From a virus, in the IMG/VR virus record IMGVR_UViG_3300031576_000007, positions 1 through 64,000 of that record: a stretch of 64,000 nt of DNA. One strand, written 5' to 3'. Within the stretch, counting starts at the first letter, position 1, and every line of letters starts with the position of its first letter. The notes under the pieces were generated by a model, which saw nothing but the letters and a program-made list of their open reading frames with translations, did no database searches and was not told the DNA's origin. Both the position numbers and the translations under genes were made by a program. This document shows positions 33,064 through 41,687 of this stretch, piece after piece.

Positions 33064-35895
33064 ATGTCTTATCCTTTTAGAAATGAACTATCAGAATTCG
33101 TGTTCTATCGGACCTATGCGAGGTGGTTAGATAGAGAAAAACGAAGAGAAACTTGGGATGAAGTTACAGAAAGATATTTTAACAATGTAATAAATAAGCA
33201 TAAGGACACAGTTCCTAGAAAGATACAGGCAGAAATAAAAGATAATATTTTTAAAATGGCTTCCATGCCCTCTATGAGAGGGTTGTGGTGTGCTGGTCCA
33301 GCTCTAGATATATCGAATGTGTGCTTGTTTAATTGCTCATATTTGCCTATAAAAGATTTATTTTCATTTGCTGAAATGTTGTATATACTATGCTGCGGGA
33401 CAGGTGTAGGTTTTAGTGTGGAAGAAGAAAACATAACCCAACTTCCTGAAATACAGAGACAAACTAGTGCAGGTGCAGGAATACACGAGGTTGAAGATTC
33501 TAAAGAAGGATGGGCGGATTCTTTAATGGCTGGTCTAGAAACGTGGTTTTCAGGTAAAGATATAGAATTTAATTATGATAAAATAAGACCTAGAGGGGCT
33601 AGACTGATAACATTCGGGGGCAGAGCTTCAGGCCCAGAACCTTTAAAGAGACTTCATGAATTTTCAAAAAAGATTATACTAGAAGCCCAAGGTAGAAAAC
33701 TAACCAGTCTTGAATGTCATGATATATGTTGTAAAATTGCCGAAATCGTTGTAGTTGGTGGGGTGAGACGTTCAAGCCTAGCAAGTTTTAGCGATTTAAA
33801 TGACGAGTTACTAATGAAAGCTAAAAATCCTCCTTTTCCTTCTCATAGGTATATGAGTAATAATTCTGCTGTCTACACTAAAAAACCAGATAGTGTTACT
33901 TTCATGAGAGAGTGGTATAATTTGGCGGCATCTGGGACAGGGGAACGGGGTATATATAATATACCTAATTTAAGTAATTATGCACCTAGAAGAATTTTTA
34001 CAGGTAAGGAGAGAAGCAATCCTTGTTTCGAAATTATATTGAAGCCATTCGAATTTTGTGTAGCCGGGGATACTCCTTTGATTCACAAAACAGGTATTTT
34101 AAATATTAAGAATGCTGTAAACAAGCCCATAGAAATATGGAATGGAGAAAAATGGAGCTTAGTAACTGTACGTAGAACCAGAAGGGACCAAAAACTAGTA
34201 CGAGTAACCTTAACTGATGGTTCTTACTTAGACTGCACTCCAGATCATAGGTTTTCAGTTAAAACAAGATTTATGAAATATTTTAAAGAAGTTCCTGCAA
34301 GTAGACTATTAAATAGCGATTATTCTTTACAATGTGAAAATTTTTCAATAGATAATATAGGAGGAATTAGAGCAGAAGACGCATATGATATTGGATTCTC
34401 CGTTGGGGACGGTTTTATACAAAAAAATATGGTGTATGCTAACTTATATGGAGAAAAAGATAAAAAATGCCCAATTAAGGGGATTCGTTATAAAGAATAT
34501 CTTCCTAAAGGATATAGTGTGTCTAAAATAAGAATTAAAACAGGTTTAGACGCTACACTCATTTCTTCGCTTAAAACAGATTCTAATGCTAGTGATATTT
34601 TATTTACATGGGATAGGCCCTCTGTTTTGAAATTTATAGCTGGTTTAGCTGACGCTGATGGATCAGAAACAAAAACAGGTGGCATACGCATTTATATAAG
34701 TGACGAAAAAAGAGTACGAAAGTTTCAACTTCTATTAACTAAAAATGGTATTAGATCTTCTGTTAATCTTTTACAGAAAAAAGGAACCAGAACCAATTTA
34801 TCAGTCCGTAAAAAAGATTTATGGTACTTACAGATTACAGAGTGCAATGAAATTCCTTGTTTTAGATTAGATACTTCGGGGGGGCATAAAACTAAATATA
34901 AAGGAAAATACCAAAATATAAAATCAGTTGTTTTATTGAGGGGGTTACATGATACATATTGTTTTAATGAACCAGAAAAACACAAAGGAGTATTTTCAAA
35001 TGTGTTAACCTATCAATGTAATCTATCAGACGTTGTTGTAAGGGCATCAGATTCATTTGATGATTTGGTAGATAAGGTTAGAGCAGCTACTTGGATCTGC
35101 GCTATCCAATCAACTTTTACTAATTTTAAATATATACGATCAGAATGGAAAAGCAACTGTGACGAAGAAAGGCTACTTGGGGTTTCATTAACAGGCCAGT
35201 TAGATAATCCAAAACTACTTAGCGAGGAAAAATTACAGATATTGAAAGAATATTCTATAAAAACAGCTAAAAAAGCAGCGGAAGCACTAAAGATAAATTT
35301 ATCGGCAGCTATAACAACAACCAAACCAAGTGGCACTGTTTCTCAATTAGTTGATTCAGCATCAGGGTGTCATCCAAGATACTCTAAATTTTATACAAGA
35401 AGGGTACGAATTTCTGATACAGATCCTTTATTTAAAATGATGAGAGCGCAGGGGGTCAAATTTGAACCAGAAGTAGATCAGGACCCTAAAAATCCGGATA
35501 CCTGGGTAGTCTCTTTTCCTGTTAAATCACCTAAAAATTCTATAACTAGGGATGAGATGACGGCTATTGAACAACTTAACTGGTATAGGAAACTTCAAAA
35601 TAATTGGTCTGAGCATAATAATAGTGTTACAATTTATGTAAAAGAAAACGAATGGCCAGAAGTCGGATCATATGTTTATAAACATTTTGATGAAATAGTT
35701 GGGGTAAGTTTTTTACCTTATGATGGTGGTAAATATAAATTGGCTCCTTATGAAATGATAACTGAAGAGGAATATAACAAAAATAAGGAAAAATTCCCAA
35801 AAATAAATTATTCTGACCTTTATAAGTATGAGGAAGAAGATAATACTGAAGGAGCTAAATCATACGCTTGTATAGGAGATCGTTGCGAGATATGA
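33064..35895 (+). CDS. nrdJ: class II (AdoCbl) ribonucleotide reductase, intein-containing
   Basis: RTYAR, FNC, GRASGP, VGGVRRS, SNPCFE, CNL, KPSGTVS, C-terminal ACIGDRCEI. Confidence 0.9.
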   Translation: MSYPFRNELSEFVFYRTYARWLDREKRRETWDEVTERYFNNVINKHKDTVPRKIQAEIKDNIFKMASMPSMRGLWCAGPALDISNVCLFNCSYLPIKDLFSFAEMLYILCCGTGVGFSVEEENITQLPEIQRQTSAGAGIHEVEDSKEGWADSLMAGLETWFSGKDIEFNYDKIRPRGARLITFGGRASGPEPLKRLHEFSKKIILEAQGRKLTSLECHDICCKIAEIVVVGGVRRSSLASFSDLNDELLMKAKNPPFPSHRYMSNNSAVYTKKPDSVTFMREWYNLAASGTGERGIYNIPNLSNYAPRRIFTGKERSNPCFEIILKPFEFCVAGDTPLIHKTGILNIKNAVNKPIEIWNGEKWSLVTVRRTRRDQKLVRVTLTDGSYLDCTPDHRFSVKTRFMKYFKEVPASRLLNSDYSLQCENFSIDNIGGIRAEDAYDIGFSVGDGFIQKNMVYANLYGEKDKKCPIKGIRYKEYLPKGYSVSKIRIKTGLDATLISSLKTDSNASDILFTWDRPSVLKFIAGLADADGSETKTGGIRIYISDEKRVRKFQLLLTKNGIRSSVNLLQKKGTRTNLSVRKKDLWYLQITECNEIPCFRLDTSGGHKTKYKGKYQNIKSVVLLRGLHDTYCFNEPEKHKGVFSNVLTYQCNLSDVVVRASDSFDDLVDKVRAATWICAIQSTFTNFKYIRSEWKSNCDEERLLGVSLTGQLDNPKLLSEEKLQILKEYSIKTAKKAAEALKINLSAAITTTKPSGTVSQLVDSASGCHPRYSKFYTRRVRISDTDPLFKMMRAQGVKFEPEVDQDPKNPDTWVVSFPVKSPKNSITRDEMTAIEQLNWYRKLQNNWSEHNNSVTIYVKENEWPEVGSYVYKHFDEIVGVSFLPYDGGKYKLAPYEMITEEEYNKNKEKFPKINYSDLYKYEEEDNTEGAKSYACIGDRCEI
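34057..35016 (+). mobile_element. intein (320 aa) with LAGLIDADG endonuclease and C-terminal Gln
   Basis: CVAGDT, CTPDHRF, FIAGLADADGS, LTYQ|CNL. Confidence 0.9.
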
Positions 35896-36401
35896 TAGCT
35901 GATTTTATAAAAAACTGGTGTGAAAAGCACAGTAGAAAGTTTATTATCTACGACCGAGCGCAAGGAAGTAAACAAGTATATCTTATTAGATATGTTATCT
36001 TCAAATGTAAGTGGTTTGGTGTATATTTACACGAGTTTTTTAAGTCTGATGAAGAAGTACTTCATGATCACCCTTGGGATTTCGTTACTTTAATTCTAAA
36101 AGGCTCTTATAAAGAAGAAATTTTAAGTAAAGAAAAAAAACGTTGGACTTCTGTTTACGGATGGATAAAAAAATTTAGAACTGTAAAAAAGGGTCAATTT
36201 TTATTTAGGAAAGCTAAACATATACACAGAGTTATTTTAACTGATAATAACCCAATAACTTTAAGCGTACTATTTAGGAAAAAAAGAGAATGGGGGTTCT
36301 GGGAACCGATTCCAACAGCTGAATTCCACCTACAAAACTACAAATGGAAACATTGGCGTGATTTTTTAAATATTAAAACTGGTGAAAATAAAAAACAATG
36401 A
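35892..36401 (+). CDS. cupin-like phage protein
   Basis: YLHEF..SD...HDHPW...GSYKEE...HRV...WGF. Confidence 0.65.
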   Translation: MIADFIKNWCEKHSRKFIIYDRAQGSKQVYLIRYVIFKCKWFGVYLHEFFKSDEEVLHDHPWDFVTLILKGSYKEEILSKEKKRWTSVYGWIKKFRTVKKGQFLFRKAKHIHRVILTDNNPITLSVLFRKKREWGFWEPIPTAEFHLQNYKWKHWRDFLNIKTGENKKQ

Positions 36402-36847
36402 ACAGAAAACTAGATAGATTTTTGGTAAAGAGATTCCAGTCTATATTTGCCCAGAGATATCAAGATATGACTACCACTGCTATGTGCTGGGGCTTCATGT
36501 GTGGTGATGGTTGGGCAAGGCTCATATATGATCTTTGCTTAAAGATAGAACTTCTAGAAAAGACTTTCGGTATAGTAATTGAAGCTAGTCAGGTTAAGGA
36601 GAAGTATGGGCTATTGTGTTTTTATGTGTATTCGGATTATACTAAAGTTTCTAATGCGAAGCTTGGTAAAATGTTATGCAGTATGGTTAGTGATTTGATT
36701 TGTTCTGCGGAAGATAGAAGTGGTCAGTTGTGCGAAGTTTGCGGGGATTACGGGCAGGTTTACCCAGGTAGCTGGATTGTAACGAGGTGCGAGGATTGTG
36801 CTTTAGAAGAAGGTAGGGTTCTTGTGGATGAAAGCGAGCTACCATAA
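36398..36847 (+). CDS. conserved phage hypothetical protein
   Basis: CGDGW...QVKEKYG...CEVCG motif family. Confidence 0.7.
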   Translation: MNRKLDRFLVKRFQSIFAQRYQDMTTTAMCWGFMCGDGWARLIYDLCLKIELLEKTFGIVIEASQVKEKYGLLCFYVYSDYTKVSNAKLGKMLCSMVSDLICSAEDRSGQLCEVCGDYGQVYPGSWIVTRCEDCALEEGRVLVDESELP

Positions 36848-36850
36848 GAT

Positions 36851-37146
36851 CTTATTGGGCTGTGTACCCAATAAGTGTAGTTACTAGTTAACCTATGAAA
36901 CTAGACGTTTTAAGGAAACGTAAATTCCTGTCGGCATTGGTAGTTGGCCCAAAACTAATTACCACAGATTTAACTACTGCATCGTCAGCCTACGCGAGGA
37001 CTGTAACGGTGGCTATGCTGAAATAGCGATGTTTTACTCTTTTCCATAGTGCTATACCGAGAAAGAGACGCCAGGTACGATATGATCAAAAGAAACTAGA
37101 CAAAATTTGTATGTCTAGCACATCTAACCCCGGATGCAGTAATTAA
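36851..37146. ncRNA. putative structured non-coding RNA of unassigned family
   Basis: ORF-free, GC-enriched, at least 8 stems including a 14-bp long-range helix 36970-36983/37133-37146 with one mismatch. Confidence 0.55.
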
Positions 37147-37214
37147 TATTGAAATCAATAAGTTATAAAACCGTGCTTTACTATAAACTATAAACTATCA
37201 ACTAAAGAAATTAA

Positions 37215-37244
37215 ATGACTTTACCTAATAAAGTGTGGTATAAT
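37215..37244 (+). promoter_or_regulatory. sigma70 extended -10 promoter
   Basis: ATGACT-18 bp-TATAAT with TGn, followed by an AAGGA RBS. Confidence 0.6.
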
Positions 37245-37255
37245 AAGGAATATAA

Positions 37256-37546
37256 ATACCAAACATAAAACTAATAGAGGACAAACAATTTAAAATTTTA
37301 AGGATATTATGTAGTTGTCTAGCCCCAGAGCACACATATGACATAATAGTTGATAAAGAATTTGGTTTCACAGAGATCGCTCATAATTTAAATAAAGATC
37401 TAAATGAGCCATGTCTTAGTAGATTAAAAAATGCATTCAAGTATGTTTTAGGAAAATCATTATTGGTTTCAGGACTTGTCTTAGAAAAAGAAGATGTAGA
37501 GGAAATGATTAAGTTCTTACAAGAAAATGTAAAAGGTATGAAATGA
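37256..37546 (+). pseudogene. 96-aa phage protein with ATA in place of the start codon
   Basis: promoter, AAGGA RBS, then ATA; CSCLAPEH...RLKNAFKYVLG family-like motif; TGA overlaps the next ATG. Confidence 0.6.
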
Positions 37547-38150
37547 CTGAAGAGTTAAAAACTCCTGAAAAGGAAGAAGAAAAAGAAAAGCAGTGGACTT
37601 CTGCGGATTGGTTCTTAAACCCAGAAGTTCTTTATCTTAAGCCTGAAGAGTGTAGAGAAGTTACCCTAAACCCAGGGTATGAAGTAGAGTGGTTTAGAAA
37701 GACTTATTTAAACAAAGGGGAATTAGTTCTTACCAAGAAGGAGTATAGATCAGATCTTCCTAGAAATCTTAAAGGCAAGATCATAGCTGTCACAGCTGCT
37801 CCTATTATAAGGAAAGACGATTTTAACAGAATGGTTGAACGACAACCATATATAAGTTTACAAAAGTTTCTTAAACCTAAACCGCTTGGCAAGTATTATG
37901 AGCTGTTTAAAGCTGATACTAGTGAGTATCAAGAATGGGTTGGCCCGCATGAGTATATCGAAGATAGACGAAAAAATAAAAAAGTACATAGAACTTCTGA
38001 TGAAAACAAGAGTGGATCTAGAAAACCTCAAGAAAGAGCCTTCCTCGTTGTTAAGATTAAGTAAAGGAATGGCAACTCTCCCAGAATTAAAAGAAAGAGT
38101 AGTTAATTATAGAACTTTTTTAGCAGATCTTATAGAAATAAAGAAAAAAG

Positions 38151-39296
38151 ATGAGTGAAATAAAAAAATATACTATGTCCCACAGCCGAGCTTCCACTTG
38201 GCTTGAGTGCCCTGAAAAAGAGCATCTTAGATATGTTGAACACGTAGAACCTAAAGAATATGGGTCTAGCTTGGCTTTTGGTATAGCCATAGACATTGCT
38301 GTAAGTCATCTTCTTAAACTACACAAAGAAGGTAAAACACAGGAGGGTATTAACTCACTAAAAAGTATTTTTCTTGACGATAAAGAAAAAGGGTGGAAAT
38401 TATCTTTTTCGGCTCCTGGAATAAAATTTACAAAAACTGATTTAGATATGTCTGTGTTAGTATCTAAGGAAGATAAAGATTTAATTGAGTTTTGGGAAAC
38501 ATCTCTCAATACAAAGCTAGAAGATGCTGTAACTGCAAAAAGACAACAAGAATACAAAGAAATGACTGAAGAAGAGATTACTATTCTTCATCATGCAACT
38601 TGGTTGTCCTTGAGGAATAAAGGATATTTGATGCTAGATGCATTTGTTAGAGAGGTACTACCAAAAATAAAGAAAGTCATAGCAATTCAACATAAAATTG
38701 AGGGGACTATCGAGGGAGATAAGGATGCAAAGGGGTATATTGATTTTATTGTTGAGTTTGATGGTCATAGTACCCCAGTGGTTTTTGATCTCAAAACTTC
38801 TGCTTACTTTTATGATAGTAATGCAGTATTTCTTTCACCACAGCTCACACTTTATGCTAGTGCTGTAGGAAGTTCATTGGGCACAGAATTAGCTGGATTC
38901 ATAGTTTTATTGAAAAGTATGGGGGGCACGTCAGTATGTGAAAAATGTCTCTATAAAAAAGAAAAAGGAAGTAGATTTAAGTCATGTAATAGGATCATTC
39001 CTTTAGATGTAGATACTAATGTCGGGGAAAGATGTAATGGGGTTTGGATAGAAATACCTGAAGCAAATGTGCAGATTTTAGTAGATAAAGTTCCTGTTAA
39101 ACGCCAAGATCAGTATTTAAACAGCTTTGTTAATTTAACAACATTGGCTAGTCAGGGCCTCAGAATTCAAAATTGGAATTCATGTAAAGGAAAATTTGGA
39201 ATATGTGATTTCTACAGACTTTGTCATTTTTCCGATACTTCAGATTATAAATTTGCGGATAAGGAATCAGAAGAGCGGGTAAAACATAGAACATGA
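38151..39296 (+). CDS. PD-(D/E)XK (RecB/Cas4-like) nuclease
   Basis: SHSRAS..ECP, GYIDF, FDLKTS, QLTLY, C-terminal cysteines. Confidence 0.8.
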   Translation: MSEIKKYTMSHSRASTWLECPEKEHLRYVEHVEPKEYGSSLAFGIAIDIAVSHLLKLHKEGKTQEGINSLKSIFLDDKEKGWKLSFSAPGIKFTKTDLDMSVLVSKEDKDLIEFWETSLNTKLEDAVTAKRQQEYKEMTEEEITILHHATWLSLRNKGYLMLDAFVREVLPKIKKVIAIQHKIEGTIEGDKDAKGYIDFIVEFDGHSTPVVFDLKTSAYFYDSNAVFLSPQLTLYASAVGSSLGTELAGFIVLLKSMGGTSVCEKCLYKKEKGSRFKSCNRIIPLDVDTNVGERCNGVWIEIPEANVQILVDKVPVKRQDQYLNSFVNLTTLASQGLRIQNWNSCKGKFGICDFYRLCHFSDTSDYKFADKESEERVKHRT

Positions 39297-40089
39297 ATTT
39301 TAAAAAATGTAATAAATGCGAAAAAGTTAAAGAATATTCTTTTTTTTATAAGTCTAAAACACTTAAAGAGGGGGGGGGAGTTCTTGCAAAAAATGTCTTA
39401 AAATATATAGAAAACTTGGTTATTTTATAAATAGTGCGGGAAACCATATAATAAAACGCAGGAAAACTAAAAAATGTGGGATTTGTAAAAAACACCAAAA
39501 AATATATCAATTTTACATTAGAAATGTTAAATATAAATCTAAAAAAGATGGAAATATAAAGATTTACAAAGCTCGTGTTTCTTATTGTAATACATGCCAC
39601 AAGTTAGGAATTAAAAAACATCATTACAAAGTATGGAGAAAAGAGTACAAAAAAGCTATAACTGCTAAATGACCCATAGCTCGAAGAAACGCAAGAGTTA
39701 GTAATCATGGTTGGTATCTTTCAAAACAGCAATATTTCGAGCTTATGGCAAAAATGTGTTATTATTGCGAAGGTAAGTTGCCTGTTTATGGAACTGGCTT
39801 AGATAGACTAAACAGCTCAAAAGGATATGAAAATACAAATGTTGTACCTTGTTGCACAGCTTGTAATAGAGTAAGAGGGGCTGTCCTATCAGTAGATAAT
39901 ATGTTAGAAATTAAACAATTTCTAATAAGGTGGAGACTAGAGAGGGAAGAATTAATTGCTGAGCAGATAGTTAAAAAAACTGAAGTTGAGCATACAATAA
40001 CTCAAGAGATTCTACAACAGAAGAGCACAGAGAAATTGTATGATGAATCTTATACATATATGGGTAATTTAGGCTCTATCGTTTATTAA
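39293..40089 (+). pseudogene. Zn-finger HNH-type endonuclease broken by a G9 frameshift (39370-39378) and an in-frame TGA (39670-39672)
   Basis: KKCNKC...KEG then, in the -1 frame, SSCKKC...CGIC...CNTC...AK*PIARRNAR...CYYC...GLDRLNSSKGY..NVVPCC..CN. Confidence 0.7.
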
Positions 40090-40198
40090 TGTAGATAGTC
40101 TGAAAAGTAGTATTAGAACATCAAATAGCAGCTTTTTTTATATATATAGGAATCGCCGCTATTATTAGTGCTATATTTAATAAATATGGTTGTGACGA

Positions 40199-40227
40199 TT
40201 GACACAAACAATGAACACTGATATAAT
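40199..40227 (+). promoter_or_regulatory. perfect consensus sigma70 promoter
   Basis: TTGACA-17 bp-TATAAT with TGn. Confidence 0.85.
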
Positions 40228-40246
40228 GATTATTCAAGGAGAAAAA

Positions 40247-40918
40247 GTGGAAAATTCTAATTTATATAAGAAACTGTTAAATATTTCAAAGGAAATGGGC
40301 CGTCTTCCTAAGAATGGAAGAAATGATTTTCATAAATATGACTACGTTACCGAAGCTGATGCTCTAGATAAGTTTAGAGAACTTTGTGTAAAGGAAAATA
40401 TTTTTGTTGTACCAGATACTACTTCTATAAATAAAGAAGGTGATTTAACCACAGTAAACGTTAAATATACAGTTATTGATGTAGAAACAGGGGATTCTGT
40501 TGTTCTTAACGTGCCTGGGCAAGGTCAAGATAAGGGGGATAAGGGTGTTTATAAAGCTGCAACTGGATCTTATAAGTATTTTATTCTAAAGGGATTTATG
40601 GTCCCAACTGGGGATGACCCAGAAAGGGACAATAATAGTCATAGGAATGAAAAAGTTGAGAATGAAGCCCCAGCGATAGCTCCTAATACATATAATATGA
40701 GCAGTGCTAGATTTGCTCCATCATCAGGATTTAAACCGGCTGCTAAGACAGTTTCTAGTAGAGTAGAAGAAGCTGATAAAATAGATGAGAAAAAACCTGA
40801 AGAGGTAATTGAAACTTCTCCCATAGTTCCGCCTACACAGAAAACTAAACCGCGTGTTTCTTTTAAGGACAGCCCTTTTATGAAACAGTTTCAACAAGAT
40901 AAGGTTAATAATGGATGA
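40247..40918 (+). CDS. ERF-family ssDNA annealing protein (GTG start after AAGGAG)
   Basis: KNGRNDFHKYDY, GQDKGDKGVYKAATGSYKY, PTGDDPE. Confidence 0.85.
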   Translation: MENSNLYKKLLNISKEMGRLPKNGRNDFHKYDYVTEADALDKFRELCVKENIFVVPDTTSINKEGDLTTVNVKYTVIDVETGDSVVLNVPGQGQDKGDKGVYKAATGSYKYFILKGFMVPTGDDPERDNNSHRNEKVENEAPAIAPNTYNMSSARFAPSSGFKPAAKTVSSRVEEADKIDEKKPEEVIETSPIVPPTQKTKPRVSFKDSPFMKQFQQDKVNNG

Positions 40919-41355
40919 GACGCAAAAAACAATCTCCCAAGAACAAATTTGTGAAGAAGTAAAAAAACTAGAAGAAGAGGATAAAAAAGAAGCTGATACT
41001 TTTGTCACTAGTGAAGCTAAACTAAAGGAGCAAGGTGCAAAGATTCCTCAGTTGACACAAGAACAAAGAATTATGATTGCTGGCAGAAACCATATCGATG
41101 GTCTTAGGGTTTTACAAGAGAGCTGGAGTAAATTAAGTGTCAGAGGTTCAAGAAGAGTGATGGTTGCTTTGTTACAACTACCTGAAGAAGGCATGAAGTC
41201 AGCCCTTCAAGGAGATTTAGAAAGACAACTATTCCAAATAGGACAAATGGTGCTTAATTCAAGATCAATGCTTGTTAACCACGCAATAATACAAGAATAT
41301 TTAAGGCAACAAGCAGAGACTAAAGAAAAAAATAAAGAAAATAAGGAGGAAATTA

Positions 41356-41640
41356 ATGTCAACGAACAACCAAAACAATAATAATAAAAACAACAACTCA
41401 ATTCAATTAGGCGCTGGTTGGGAACGAGTTAATAAAAAAGGTAATGAGTACATTTCATTAAGATTCAATGGGAGTCGTGATAAAGACGAATATGAAGTTG
41501 TTGTACGTCAAAAGTCCACTGGTCAGGAACTTGCTCTGCATGAAACTGCCGTTATCCTACAAAGGAATGCAAAAAAGAAAAGTGAGGATAGCCCTGACTT
41601 TTATTTGACTACTTTTTATGGTGGAGATAATAATTCTTAA
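41356..41640 (+). CDS. DUF736-like (possible SSB-like) protein
   Basis: LGAGWE...GNEYISL...KKSEDSPDF. Confidence 0.55.
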   Translation: MSTNNQNNNNKNNNSIQLGAGWERVNKKGNEYISLRFNGSRDKDEYEVVVRQKSTGQELALHETAVILQRNAKKKSEDSPDFYLTTFYGGDNNS

Positions 41641-41687
41641 CTAAAACGCTTCTTTAATTAAAATTAATCAATAAAATTGAGGTTGAG

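Noticed and set aside
36851-37146. tmRNA, tRNA, 6S, RNase P, cobalamin riboswitch or HEARO/omega RNA
   Set aside because: No T-arm or CCA end, tag ORF, GAGGAAAGUCC or B12 box; multibranched rather than rod-like; no adjacent IscB/TnpB gene
1888-40089. Genome-wide stop-codon reassignment (TGA=Trp or TAA=Gln)
   Set aside because: TAA, TGA and TAG all end well-defined genes, often in ATGA or TAATG overlaps; internal stops are of two types and never occur in large genes
40199-40246. ORF-track TTG start for the ERF gene
   Set aside because: The TTG is the -35 box of a perfect promoter; an RBS supports GTG at 40247
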